From assembly GCF_009914755.1 (NCBI RefSeq), contig NC_060930.1: DNA of 64,000 nt; one strand, written 5' to 3'. The first letter of the stretch is position 1; the number at the start of each line of letters is the position of its first letter. A program made the position numbers and the translations under genes. The notes under the pieces are model-generated. The model saw only the letters and a program-made list of their open reading frames with translations, was not told where the DNA came from and did no database searches. Below are positions 49,430 through 64,000 of the stretch, one piece after another. This DNA is from the human T2T-CHM13v2.0 reference genome, Homo sapiens.

Positions 49430-51870
49430 TATGTTTACTTTTATATTAACAGCTTTTTTGAGGTTCAACTGACACATAATAAGCTGCGCATATTTATAGT
49501 AAACATTTTGGTACATTTTCACATATATGTGCACTCATGGAAGTATCAGCACAATCAAAATAGTGAACATTTTCATTATTTTCCAAAGCTTTTTTATACC
49601 CCTTTGAAATCCCTTCTCCTGCCCCACCCTATTTAATTCTCCAGACAACTGCTATTCTGTGGTTACTGTAGTTAAGTTGGCATTTTCTAGAGCTTATATA
49701 AATGGAATCATACAGTATGTAATCTTTTTGCCTTCTTTCACTTAGCAAAATTATTTTGAAAATCATCCATGTTGCATTCACAATAGTTTATTTCTCTTCT
49801 ATTGCTGAGTAGTATTTCATTGTATAGATATACCACAGTTTGTTTACCCATTTACCTGTTGATAGACATTTGGGTTGTCTGGATTGTTATGGCTATTACA
49901 AATGAAGCTGCTATGAACATTTGTGTATAAATCTTTGCATGGACATATGCTTTCTTTTCTCTTGAAAAATACCTAGGAGTAAAATGGCTGGAGTATATGG
50001 TACATGTATTTTTAATAAAGTGCCAAGCTGTTTCCAAAATGGTGGTACCATTATACGTTACCACCAATAGTGTGGTAATAGAGAATTCCAGTTCCTCTAA
50101 ATGTTTGCCAACACTTGGTATGAGAAGTCTTTCTAATTGTTAGACATTCTAATAAGTGGGTTGTGGTCTCCAATTGTGGTTAATTTGCATTTTCCTGTGA
50201 CTAATGATGTTGGGCATCTTTGCATTTGCTTATTTGCCATCCATATATCTTTTTTGGTGAAGTGTATGCAAAAATCTTCTTCCATGTTCAGGTTGAGTTT
50301 GCTTCCTTATTATTGAGTTTCAAGAGTTAAAAAAATATTTTTTGGATTTGAATATTTTATATATATAGTGGATACAAGTTCTTTGTCAGAGAGCTGCTTT
50401 GCAAATAACTTCTCCTGGTTTGTAGTTTGCATTTTCATTCTCTTGTGACTATGAGAAGAGAAATCTGCTGTTATCCTTATTTTTGTTCCCCTATAAGTAA
50501 TGTGTATTTTTCTTTTAGCTGCTTTTAAGATTTCTTATTTATTCTTGGGTTTGAGCAATTTTATTATGATGTGCTTGTAGTCTTCTTTATGTTTCTTGTT
50601 CTTGAAGCTTGTTAAGATCCTGAATCTGTGGGTTTATGGTTTTCATAAAATTGAGAAAAATTTCAAACATTATTTCTTCAAAGAAATTTCCTGTTTTCCC
50701 TTCACTATTATGTTCTTTCATGACTCCAATTACATATATATTAAGCTACTTGAAGTTGTCCCAAGTTCACTCATTTACTTTTTAAAAATATTTTTTCTAT
50801 GTATTTTATTTTCTAAAGTTTCTATTGCCATATCTTCATGTTCACTGTTCCTTTGTTTTGCAATATTGAATTTTCTTTTAATCCCTTCTACTGTATTTTT
50901 CAACTTCAGCATTGTAGTTTTCATCTGTGGAAAAAGGTTGATTTGGATTTGATTTTATAATATTTTCAATGTCTCTAACTTTTGGAGCATAGAGGGTAGA
51001 GTTACAATAATTATTTTAGTGTCCTTGTCTAATAATTCTAACATCTGTGTCAATTCTGGCCAATTGATTCTCATTGTTATGTAGTTCCTTGCTTCTTTGC
51101 ATGGTAATCTCGAATTAGATGCCAGACATCGTAAATTTTGTCTTTTTAGATGTGGGATATATATTTTTTGTTTTTATAACTCTTTTTGAGCTTTGTTCTG
51201 AGATGCAGTTAATTTACTTGGAAACAATTTGATCTTTTCAAGTCTTATTTTTATGATTTGTTAAATGGATCTGGATTAATGTTCAACCTAGGGCTATTTC
51301 CCACCACTGAATCAAGGCCCTTCTGAATATTCTACCTAATGCTCCATGAATTGTGAGTTTTTTGGGATCTGGCTGTTGTGAACAGGCACTATTCCCAGTC
51401 CTATGTTAGCACCTGGCACATTCCTTCAAATCATTTCAAATGGTTCTTTCCCCAGCCTTGGGTAGTCTTCTCAAACACAAGTGCTGATCAATACTTAGTG
51501 GAATACTCCAGGACACCCTCTGTGGATGTCTGCATTTCTCTTTCCATATAGTTCTCTCCTTTCTGATATTCTGTCCTATGAACTCTTGCCTCTTTGGTCT
51601 CCCTGGACTCTCAACTATGTCTCTTCAACTCAGAGTATATCAGGTTCAAGCTAGGTTCCCCCTCCCTCTACTGAGGCCTGAAAACTCTTTCAGTCAGTAA
51701 ACTGGAGGCAATTGCAGGGCTTCATTTATTTCCTGTCTCTCAGGGATCACTGTCCTTTTTTCCTTCCTGTCCAGTGTTTTTAAAATCTTGTTTCATTTAT
51801 TTAATCTAGGATTTTTTTGTGGGGGTTGTTTCAGGCAAGCATTACTTCATCTTGGCCAGAAATGGAGGTC
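49430..51870 (-). mobile_element. Antisense L1M block (L1MB-like 3' end joined to an older L1 5'/ORF1 region)
   Basis: aatggaatcatacagtatg, ttgctgagtagtatttcattg, gctgctatgaacatt, gagaaatctgctgttatcctt. Confidence 0.82.
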
Positions 51871-53099
51871 TCCAAAGACTAATTTTCCAAACATTTATAT
51901 TCTTTTTTTTAAGACAGGAATAAGTAATATTTGAAAGATGTAAATGAGGAGAAAAGTGAATGCAACATTTCTGTTTATATAGAAAATTTATTCTGAGGTG
52001 CAGTGTTAATAGTTTGGGCTTCCCTTTTTAATTTTTTCTGATATTGAAATTTTTATTATTTAATACATGCTAAGCCTTCTAGATATGGACTCCATTGCTG
52101 TATGGTAATTAATCAAATTCCTACCTCGAGGAACTTGAAATCTAATGGCATTACATATATGTATATAATATTTAATATTGGAACTCATATATAGAATTAA
52201 AATATAAGTGAACAGGGATAGCTAATGTGGAAATGCACTAGGTTGAAACTTTAATCTTCCCTTTTCAACCTTTCTTTAAATGGGGAGTCAAGCTACTAAG
52301 TAATAATGAAAGGAATAATTATTGAGAGTTATGAGAGGAGATAAATTAGGTGAATTTCTACAATTGGAATACTATTGGATGATCATACAGAAATAGAAAA
52401 GATGACATGCACCATATAACAACCTCCTGAGGTAGGTAGGCAGGTATTATCTCAGTTTTAAAGATGAGAACACTGAAGTCTTCGGAGAAACATAATGGAT
52501 TCTTCAAAGATATACCTCTGCCAGCCACTCAAGTGGAGCTGATCATACCTGCTCTGGTGCCCCTAATTGTTCCTTTCTCATAAGGCTATGGGATCACACT
52601 GAACCTGAACCAATAGTTCACATGATTATCTTCCTTACTGCAACGTATATAGATTTGTTACATGGAAAATATATATGTTTGGAGGGATAAAATTTGACAC
52701 GAAGAGATCTTTGTGAGTTTATGTATGTTTAAACTTTTGAGTGGTATAACAATTGTGTGGTTTTGGCACTGCTGTGGAACTGTACTGTATCTTATCCATC
52801 TTTTAATTTCTATTATTCAGCATAACATCATACATATAGTAAGTGGCCAGTAATTGTAGAATAAATGAATTAAGGGATACTCTGAATTTTAAGAGAATTG
52901 GAGCTAAGCATACTAACTTTGAATGTAAAACAGTATTTTTTAAATTATGACTTTATTACTTTAAGTGGGGTAGAGGCAAATATTTGTTTTAAAAAAGGCA
53001 AGATTCAGAGTCTTCTAACCTCATATCTTCAATGTTTGAAAGAATAATGATGAATTTATTATTTTACACACTTTACTTTCTTTCATATCTACTGTTCCT

Positions 53100-53470
53100 T
53101 TTCTTCCCAGTGTAACTCAATCTAACACTCTCCACCACCTCCATCACTGCTCCCCTTCTTGAAGCTACCATGACTTCACCTGCACTGCTACAAATGATCT
53201 CCCTGCTGCCACTGTTGCCCCCTACCATCTATTCTCTACTCAGCAGCCAGAGCGATTTTTAAATGTGTCTTACCACTTCCCTAGTTAAACATTTTTTGTG
53301 GGTTCCCACTCTATTTCATAACCTAACAGGCCACACAGGTGTGCTACTGCTGCTACCGTGCCTTCTTCTTTTACCAATTTCCCCCCACTCACCTGCTTGT
53401 ATTGGCCTTGGCGTTCTTTAAGCACTACTTATGTTGCACTTGCTCTCCCTTCCACTTGAAATGTCTCGCC
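53100..53470. mobile_element. L2 fragment
   Basis: ctattctctactcagcagccagagcgattttt. Confidence 0.6.
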
Positions 53471-54954
53471 CATTTTATCCCAAAGTTATTTGAATAATGG
53501 TGTCTCTAATACAGTAGACATATAAAGCTCCCAATGGACTCCTCTGAAAAGCAACACACGTTTGGGTAGATTAGTTGCGGGTTTGTTAAAGAACCAGTCA
53601 CAGTGACTTCTAGTTACAAAGCTTTTGGAAATAAAGATGGTTTACTCTCATTCTGCAAGGGGATGGCTTGCCATGTCTCATGGTTGTCTTGGGAGGTTGA
53701 CATTACTGTTTGAACCATGAATTACCCGGTATCTATGTTGGTAGAACAAGCAGCTGTTATTCCTTCTGTCTCCTTCAGTGTGTTGTCACCTCTACCATCG
53801 ATATTTTCCAGCTTGAATGATCGTCCTTAGGGATGTAACACCTCCCCTTTTCCCTCCAAGGTCGATTGTAGTTCAGTTGACAGGGACAGAACTATTATAG
53901 CTAAGTTACACAATTTGATTTTTTACTCTGATCCATTTTGCACCATTAATATGGGTATGGCTGTTTTGTTAGAAAAAGGAGCTATGTTCAGGGAGAAGAA
54001 CATGAAAAATTACCTGGGGAGAAATGGGATCTTTCTAACAAAGAGATATATCAATGTAAGAACTTATTAAAAACATAGCATTTATAATGCACAAATTGTA
54101 GTCATTGCAATGGCCATGATTGTTATTCTAAACCGCTCCTCTAGACTTTCAAAGGAGACCAGTGTCTTCAGACAGTCTCTTTTGTCAATGATGGATTTCT
54201 CTTTTTATGTTGCAGTACTGTGGGATTTGTTTCTCTGCTTAGTTCAAAGGGCTGCACTTCTGTTCATCCCTGTTTTCACCAATTTCCCTTCCATCTTGTC
54301 TCTTCTCGGCTCATTACAAGAGCTAAGAATATTTTTTCCTTTCCAAAAATAAGCCAAACATAAATTACCTTTCAGCTTTAGGAAATTTAAAACTTTCATA
54401 TAAATACTAATAAAAATATGATTCCTGTAGAATCTCTAACAATCCATTTTTGTTTTCCATAAGAATATTTTGACATGTTGCTTTTTAATGGCCAAGAATA
54501 CTATGTATTTCTGTGATACTTAGGAAGATGGTGCATTCTACCACAGGTAGACTTTTTATATATCTACATGCAGAGTGTTTGCAAATATTTGGCTTCTCTT
54601 TTTCAGGGTAGAAATAGCCACTGTTGTATCATTTGAACCAGTTCAACCAGCATGCTGATAATTGTGAATAAACAGAGTAGGTAGAGTGTACTGGTCTCTA
54701 GGAATCAGAAGTGGTATTGTTTAATTTGAAAGAAACTTCTGTGCTAGTAGCAGTGTGACAGGCCTAGCAAACAGTTCAAATGGAGCGAAGACAATATATG
54801 GTAGGAAAAGAACTATAGATAATTCTTTAATCTCTTATTATATACTCATAAATCAAGGAAGTAATGCAACTAATGGAAGTACTTTAGGGAAGAATGTGTG
54901 ATCCACAGTGCTCAAGTCAGGTAAGGTGGTAGATGCTGTTTGCAGATTAAGGGC

Positions 54955-55346
54955 TATTATGGACTGTTTTTGTCCCCCTCACATCAATATGTTGAAATTC
55001 TAAACCCCAATGTGGTGACATTAGGAAAAGGAAACTTTGGGAGGTAATTAAGGTTCGACAAGGTCATGAGAGTGGGGCCCTTGGGATAGGATTAGTGCCC
55101 TTGTAAGAAGAAACACCAGGGAGCTTGCTCTCTTTCTCTCCCTGCCACATGCACAACGAAGAGGTCAGGTGAGCCCACAGTGAGATGGCAGCCACCTACA
55201 ATGCATGAGAAGGGGCCTCAGAATGAAACTACCTTCGTGACGCCTTGATCTGGGACTTCCCAGTCTCCAAAACTGCCAGAAATAAATTTCTGTTGTTTAA
55301 GCAACCTAGTCTGGGTTTACGTTATAGCAGCCCAAGAAGACTAACA
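54955..55346 (+). mobile_element. MLT1A-type solo LTR
   Basis: tatgttgaaattctaa.ccccaatgtg...ccttgatct.ggacttcc...aaataaatttctgttgtttaagc...gttatagcagccc. Confidence 0.88.
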
Positions 55347-56119
55347 CGGGAGCTCTGTGAGAATGTGTGTGTTCCATTTGGCATGGCAAGGGGAGAATCT
55401 AGTGCAATAGTTTTTATATTAAAACCTTCACAGTCTCTCTTATGTTATAGCTGTTTGTATATTGAGGTTGACCTATCTCAATCTCCCATCATATAATGAG
55501 TTACAACTCAAAAAGGAGTAAATTGTAAACCCTGGTCTCTCCCAATCAATGCCTGCTATTTGTCTTATCTTAGGTCTCCTTTTTACTGAGACAGGTTTTT
55601 TATTTTTATTTTTTAATAAACAGAGGTTCAGAAGATGAACAACAACTTGTCACTTCATACATCAGCAACTCTGACAAATGTTTAGAAGTAAACATTTGGA
55701 ACTGAAGTGAAGTTTAGTAATAATTTGGGAGTCTTACTTCCTCAGTGATACTCAGAGATTAAATAGTACTTAATTATTGCTGGGAAGGTTGACGGGTAGG
55801 GAGGACAGGAGTAATTTGTTCCAGGAGCTTTTATTGTTGTGTGGCGGGAGGTCTGAGTCCTCCCCAGGCCTTCTGCTTCCTTCCTCTGTGTTTGTCTGGC
55901 TCCAAGACTCACTCCTCTCCTCCTGACTCCCCATTCCCCCTGCCTGGCTGCGCCAGTGAGCTACCATCTTAATATTAAACCGCCTTGGGGAAGAGAGTGC
56001 CTAAAGAAATCAGAGGTAATCTACCCCCAGATATTTCAGAGAAGACGGTTGTTTTGTTCTAATGATAACTTTGAGTTATTCTCCTTCTCCTACCCCGTTA
56101 CACATGACAAATAAGTGTT

Positions 56120-56830
56120 AACAATATTCAGTACAGATATTTATTGACCTGCCTTTATATACTAAACATTGTGCTAGGCCTCAAAGCACAAACAGGAGTA
56201 AGGTCCGCTCTGTACTTGAAGAGCTTCCATTCCAAGGTGTTGTAGGAGAGGGGTAGAGTGAGGCACTTAATAAATAATAATATATGATATTTTGTAGTGG
56301 CGAAAGGACAGATTCACTCAGGAGGGGTCAGAGGGAGGATTTAATAGGGCTTCACAGGGAAGATAAGCATTGAACTTGGACCTTGAATAATAAATGGAAG
56401 TCTCCCAAATGGGATTTGGCAAGAGGAGCCTTCCAAGCAGAGGAAACTGCCTGAACCAAGGCCAACAGGTAGGAAAATGTTTGTAGCGTTTAGAAAGCTG
56501 AGAATCTGCCTATAGGGAAAGTTAAGAGGATTTATGGCAGGGAGAAGGCAGGAGATGAGCTTGGAAATTTAGTCCTCAAATGACAAGGCTAGGGGTTTCT
56601 CTTACCCCAATCTTGGCATGGGAGGGCCACCAAGAGTTTTAAGCAGGAAAGTATTATGAGAGTTAATTTTTTAGAAAACTCACTTAGGCTGTGTGTAAAG
56701 AGTGGATTGATTGCAATTAGGGAGATCAAGTTGGGGCTTGCAAAAATCTTTGCAGGTGATGGGAGTGTTGCAATTTAAAAAGTGGAGATAGAAGGAAGGA
56801 GCCAGAGATGCCAGAGATAGAATTGACAGT
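56120..56830. mobile_element. L2 fragment
   Basis: atatttattga...cattgtgctagg...ttccaagcagagg...gagttttaagcagg. Confidence 0.65.
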
Positions 56831-57675
56831 TGATCTAAAAAAGAACAACAGCTGATTGGGTTTGCCTATCTACAAAACTTTGGAACTGGTGAAAAAAATT
56901 AGGAAGCAGATGTCTTCAGCTGGACATGTTGAGAATAGAATCTGGTATGATCAGTTTTACCTAAAGACACTTAGATTCATATTATATAGATACTGAATTC
57001 TCAGTGCAGTGGTGATGAAGGATGCCTAGCTTTTTCCTGTGTCCATAGATTTTTAGTTGGTTTACCCACCTCCAAGAACCCAAGAACAATATAAGGGAAT
57101 AACCAGTGTCATACTGAAACCACATAAAACAAATTAATATTTGATAATATTGATAAGGTAGTCAGAAATTTATTCATATAAAAAGAACCTGGTCCAAAAG
57201 TATTTAAAATAAGTTTTTCCTAAAATAGGAAAACAGGTAATTTATATTAATGAATTCTTTTAGGGCATAGAAAGAGATAGAAAGCTTTTACATTCAGTAA
57301 GATTTGAATATCAATAATAACAGAACTGATTGAGAATAACTTAAAAAAAGAAAGACTCATTTTATTTCCAAACATAAGCACAAATAGCTTAAATAATATA
57401 TAAGCAAACCAAGTCCATCAAATATACTTAAAGTTGAAATATCATGAGCATTGTTATTAAAATCAGAAGTTATCACTATTAACATTAGACAGGTGATCCT
57501 AACCAAAGACTAGAACAAGAAGTAATCAATAACTAGATCAAAGACACAAAGGAACAAAAAAGTATGAGTATTAGAAAGATAAAAATTTATGAGTAATTTT
57601 AGACCTAATTTTTAATAACAAAATTTCAACCAAAAATCATTTGGGCTTCTAAAAGAATTAAGGAAGGCGTCCTGT

Positions 57676-58051
57676 TGCTATACACTGAATATTTATGTCC
57701 TTCTAAAATTTGTATATTAAGATTCTAACCCCAATGTGATAGTATTTGGAAGTGGGGCCTTTGGGAAGTGATTAGGTTATATTGGTGAAATGGGATTAGT
57801 GCACTTATTAATAGGATGAGTGCCCTTATAAAAGAGACCCCAGAGAGCTCCATTGCCCTTCTGCCTTGTGAGGATGTAATGAGAAGACAGCCATTTATGC
57901 ATCAGGAAGTAGTCTCTCCCCAGATACAGAATCTACTGGCACCTTGATCTTGTACTTCCTAGCCTCCAGAACTGTGAGAAATAAATTTCAGTTGTTTATA
58001 AACTACCTTGTCTATGGTATTCTGTTATAGCAGCCCAAGTGGACTATGACA
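57676..58051 (+). mobile_element. MLT1A0 solo LTR
   Basis: ctaaccccaatgtgatagtattt...gcccttataaaagagacccc...gcctccagaactgtgagaaataaattt. Confidence 0.88.
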
Positions 58052-58209
58052 CTTGCCATTCAATCAACATACAAAACTCAAATTATTTCAAACATTATCA
58101 TTTAGAGGTGGAATTTAGAAATGTAATTGATGAAAGGATTTTTTAAAAAAAATAGCCAAAAAGCTTAGGACATCTAGCAATAAATCTAACAAAAAATGTG
58201 CAAGATCTA

Positions 58210-58672
58210 TGTATTAGTTTCCTATTGCCACTGAAAGAAATTGGCACAAACTTATGTCTTAAAGCAGCATAAATTTATTAGCTTACAGCTGTGGAGGTCA
58301 GAAGTCCAAAATAGGTTCACAAGTCTGCATTCTTTCTGGAGGCTCTAGGGAAAAATATGTCTCATTGCCTCTTCCAGCCTGTAGAGGGTGCCTGCATTCT
58401 TTGACTCATGGTCCTTTCCTCTACCTTCAAAGCCAGCAGTCACATTACTTCAAACTCTGCTTCTTCTCAGATACTTCTACCTCCCTCTTTCATTTTTTCA
58501 GGATTATGATGATATTGAGCTTACCCAGATAATCCAGGAGAATCCCCCCATCTCAAAGTCCTTAACTTAATCACACCTGTAAAATCCCTTTTGCTGTGTA
58601 AGGTGACATATTCATGGTTTCCAGGGATCAGGAAATAAAAACCTTTTGGAGCCCATTATTCAACCTGCTACA
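58210..58672 (-). mobile_element. MLT1C/D-type LTR
   Basis: tgtattagtttcctattgc...ggaggtcagaagtcc...cccagataatccagg...cttaacttaatcaca. Confidence 0.85.
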
Positions 58673-58949
58673 GGATATATGAAGAAAATGGAGGCATTAT
58701 AATGTTATGGTTAAAGATGAAGTTGTTAGCTCTGAAGTCAGACTACCTAAGGGGGAATTCCAATTCTACCACTTCTGCTTTTTTGATCTTAAGAAATTAA
58801 CATAATCTTGCTAAACTTATTTTTTATTTGTAAAATAATGCAAATTATCTTTCATTCCTCAGAGAGTGATTGCAGGAAATAATATGATAATCCTTATAAA
58901 GAGTTTGGCACAACTTGATAATTTAAGAAGATACTGAATCCATAAATAT

Positions 58950-59950
<1,001 letters not shown>

Positions 59951-61813
59951 AGAATGATAGAGATCTTGTTGATTTACTATTTGTAGTGTGTTATCCTAAT
60001 CTGAATGATCCAAAATGGTTCACTACCATGTCCAGCAGAAAGGGAAAAAGGAAAGAGGTGGGCCTTCCTTTGAGTACATGATCCAAATGTTCACATTATT
60101 TCTGCTCACATCCTATTGGCCAAAACCTAGTCACACTTCACTGGAAGGGTAGCTCAGGCTCCTGACTCTGTGCTCATTATTTCATTATTCTACTTTTATT
60201 CTGTGCTCTATTTCATTATTCTACTTGCTCTTGACTACTATTTATTGTTTAACGTTTGCTGACACTGTGATAAATTCTTAAATAGTTTTATCTGCAAAAC
60301 AGTCATATAAGGCATTATCTACATATTGCAAATAAAAATTTAGGGCCTCTGGAAGTTTAGATAATCTCCCCAACATCATGCAACTACTAAGTAGAAGAGT
60401 TAGGACTAGGACTCTCATCTTTCTGACGTTAGTATTCATAATCTTAACTGCTAAGTCATACTGCCTTTATTATAATTGTCAACTGATGGAATGACAGTTC
60501 TTGACCACCAAAGCTGTACTCTTGGCATCATATCTGAGGTACGCTGCACACTGCCCTGTATTGTATTACTGAGGGCTGTGGTTTCTTGATTGGATATAAA
60601 AGCTCCTTTGGGCAAGGAGCTTCTTTGTAGAATAAAGTGGAGGTGGGGAGTGGCAGTGATTCTCAGGCTGTGTGGAATATAATTGCAGTTTCAACTATAC
60701 AAATTAGGGATGTCTAGAAGCATTTTCCCACCTCTTATCTCTAGATGTGAAAGTGCTGTAGATGTGACTTAGGTGCTAATCATTTCTCAGGTCTATTCAT
60801 CTGCTTTATATTTAGATATAAACTCTTTCCAAAACTGGGAAATTCCTTCATTGATATCCTTTATTTAAATTCTGTCACGACTTCACATCTTTTTCTGTTT
60901 TCATGGGTCTTTTGATTGGAAGGCAGATGAAGGTGGATCAGGCCCAGTCTGCTTTTTGCTGTCAAACTTCAAAATTGATCCAAGGCCAGTCTTTGTACTA
61001 TTAAGGAAGCAGCTATTAAGAGAAGGACAGTAGAGCAATGGCTGCTTTATATTCTCAGCAGGTCTGAGCAGACACAATTTGACATCAAGGGGAAATATTT
61101 TTTAAAAAGGAAAGAAAAAAATGACTCTACTGTTTAGCATGTACTTTCTCAGAGAGTGAATGATTGTTTTATAAAGAGGTCTGTGTATGTTTGTGATTGT
61201 GTATGTGTTTGTGTGTGTAGGTGAACAAGTGCTTAAATAGGTGGAAAAATAAAAAAGGGGTAGTTGAAACTCATTTGCTGGGGAAATTTTGAAGGGCATG
61301 AGACTTGCAGTGTCCTCTTTGTATCAAGTCCTTCATTCCTCAAACCTTTTCTTCAGACGTAGAATGCCAGATACCACCACTTACTGCACAGCTGAGGCCC
61401 TCGAAGACTTTATTCTAGACCAAATTAATCTGATTTGAATTAATACACTGTTTGGGAGAAATAGGTGCATCTGGTTTGAAAACAATGGCTGTGGGCATAC
61501 AGTGAAGGACCTTCCCATCAGATAGGTCTCCAGCCACGTGTGGGTTTGGGAGTGGAATGGAAAGAAGGAGGTGGTAAGGTACAGATGTCAGGGCAGCAGA
61601 GAAAGGTCACAAGTGAGATGTGATTGTGTGAGGAGTCCTGGGAAGGTTTACTTCTTCAGATGTCTTTCCTTTGGATTATGGGAAAAGTTGTTTACTATAC
61701 ACTTTCAGTTTTCCTGTAGGCATAATTCCTTTTCATTTCTCCAACCCTTGAGTAATGTTGAATTCTCCTGTACAGCCATGTGTGATAGTGTTGTTAAGAA
61801 TAAAGTGAGAGTA

Positions 61814-62334
<521 letters not shown>

Positions 62335-63714
62335 TTATTTGTGTGTTTTCTGCGTTGCCATGATTTTATGACCAGTCTCCTAGTAAGATTAAAAGATTGT
62401 AAACGATTTCTTACATGAATCACCACAAAACCATGTCAAGATAAAATATTACTTTTCTCTATGTATGCTCTCTACAAAAAATACATTTTAAAGAGATTTC
62501 CTATAAGGACACTTGTACACAGAAAAAAATTTCATATGTCCTTTAACAAGTACAATTCTAGTTAAAATCCAATATGCTTGCATTAGCATTTCCAATTCAG
62601 AGATAACGATGTGTACATAACATATACCATGCCTGCTGAAAACCAGGCTTGGAGAGAGTTTGTAAATAATTTAACAGTATTCAATAGTACAGGCTGTGGA
62701 GCATCTGGAATTGCTTCCTTCTTTTTTGGATTGCACAATTTCATGTTTGTTTTGCCATATTTCCCATTTTTCTGTCTTGTTTTGTTTGCCAAAACCACCC
62801 AGTAAGGGACAACTTAAAATCTAAAATGTGTTTATCCTCCTGACTGCTTTGGTTCACCTTCCAACTTCCTGGCACCAGATTACAGAAGGGATTTTGTTCT
62901 CATCATCAAGACACACTTGTCCTGTTGAGAACTCATTCTCAGGGATAACCTCTTACTGGGGCCCCACTGTCAGAAGTGTTACTTGGCTCCATTGAAAGTG
63001 ATCTTGTGCTTTTTTCTTGCTACAGTTGCTGCACAGAAGTGAGGTAGTGAAAGTCTTAAAAAGCATTTTATGTGTTTTACCCTTCCATATTCCCCAAGTC
63101 AAGAAATCTCTGGCTCTTGATTAAAATGTTCTCTTCTCTACCCTTAGGATCCACATTACAGTTTTAAAGTGTACAACAGCCAATGGGTCTAACAATCTTG
63201 GAATTCTTGCCTTGTAGAAGGGAAACAGGTGTTCTTCTGAATAGGGAAATCCATATGCACAGTGGCAAAGGTCCTGTCCTTACCTATCACATTTGAGCTT
63301 TATGCAGGCAGTAACGGGTTATGGCCTGGTTACAGCCATCAACATCTTTTCTCTGTGGCCTTTCCAGGTCAACAGTTGTTCTGGGAAATGTGGTGTCAAA
63401 TGTTCCTGTTTGAAGCTATTCACTTCCACAGTCTTGTTCAATGTACAGAAACTATGAGTCCACACTGACAATTAGAGAGTTTGATAGTCATTTGCTCTCT
63501 TAGTCCTGTCTTAAGCCAGTAGAATTTTTGGCCTTTGCAGGGGCAGAGAATACAGATGTGACTGTATCTTTTCAAATCACTTGCTAGTTTGGGTCCTGTG
63601 TAGTTAAAGATTATGGGAGTATGTATACTTTCATGGGCATTGATAAGGAAGATGTTTTCAGAATGATTCCATTATAAGGAGACATATTTCCAGTTTGCAG
63701 GCCAATTAACAATC

Positions 63715-64000
63715 AGAACGATTAGTCAAGAGCACATAGGCATATTCATATAGCCTTGCGATCTTCTGGGGAAAGTGATGCTTGCTGCTGTAACAGACAA
63801 TTCTAAAATCTCTATGGCATTACATGACAAAATATCATTTTTTACTCACATAAAGTGAGGGTAGGAGAAGTTTGTTCCACACTGTCATTTAAGAATTCAA
63901 GCTTCTTTCATATAGGACATCGTCTTTAAATATGGCTTCAAAGGTTGTTGCAAATGGATATTGCTTATTGCTGTAATAAGGAAGGGTTGACAGAATTTTT
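63715..64000 (-). mobile_element. Old MLT1 fragment
   Basis: gctgctgtaacagacaa..ctaaaatctc..tggc...tttttactcaca. Confidence 0.5.

Overview
Human/great-ape genomic DNA with no intact protein-coding gene. It has three blocks. (A) 1-5.8 kb: repeat-rich DNA (MER20, MaLR/ERVL LTRs). (B) ~5.8-17.2 kb: an Alu-dense duplicated segment carrying the CpG-island promoter and intron-containing exons 1-3 of a WDR70 paralog on the minus strand. A 7-nt tandem duplication in exon 2 frameshifts it, leaving a spliced 33-codon ORF in a strong Kozak context. Both ends of the block look like Alu-associated junctions. (C) 17.2-64 kb: AT-rich, Alu-poor DNA with a full-length GAPDH processed pseudogene, a solo HERV-W LTR17, and many old L1/L2/MIR/MaLR fragments. 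From memory, not verified, this layout matches the LINC00680/GUSBP4-GAPDHP15 region of human 6p11.2. The most unusual unexplained structure is a cluster of local duplications at 26-46 kb: three long inverted repeats (arms ~155, ~175 and ~310 bp; ~85-90% identity by eye), one ~210-bp direct repeat and an AT-rich palindrome. They could form long dsRNA stems in any transcript crossing the region. I cannot show that this is a new functional system. Almost all ORF-track entries are Alu/LTR artefacts. Repeat subfamily names come from recognising consensus sequences by eye.
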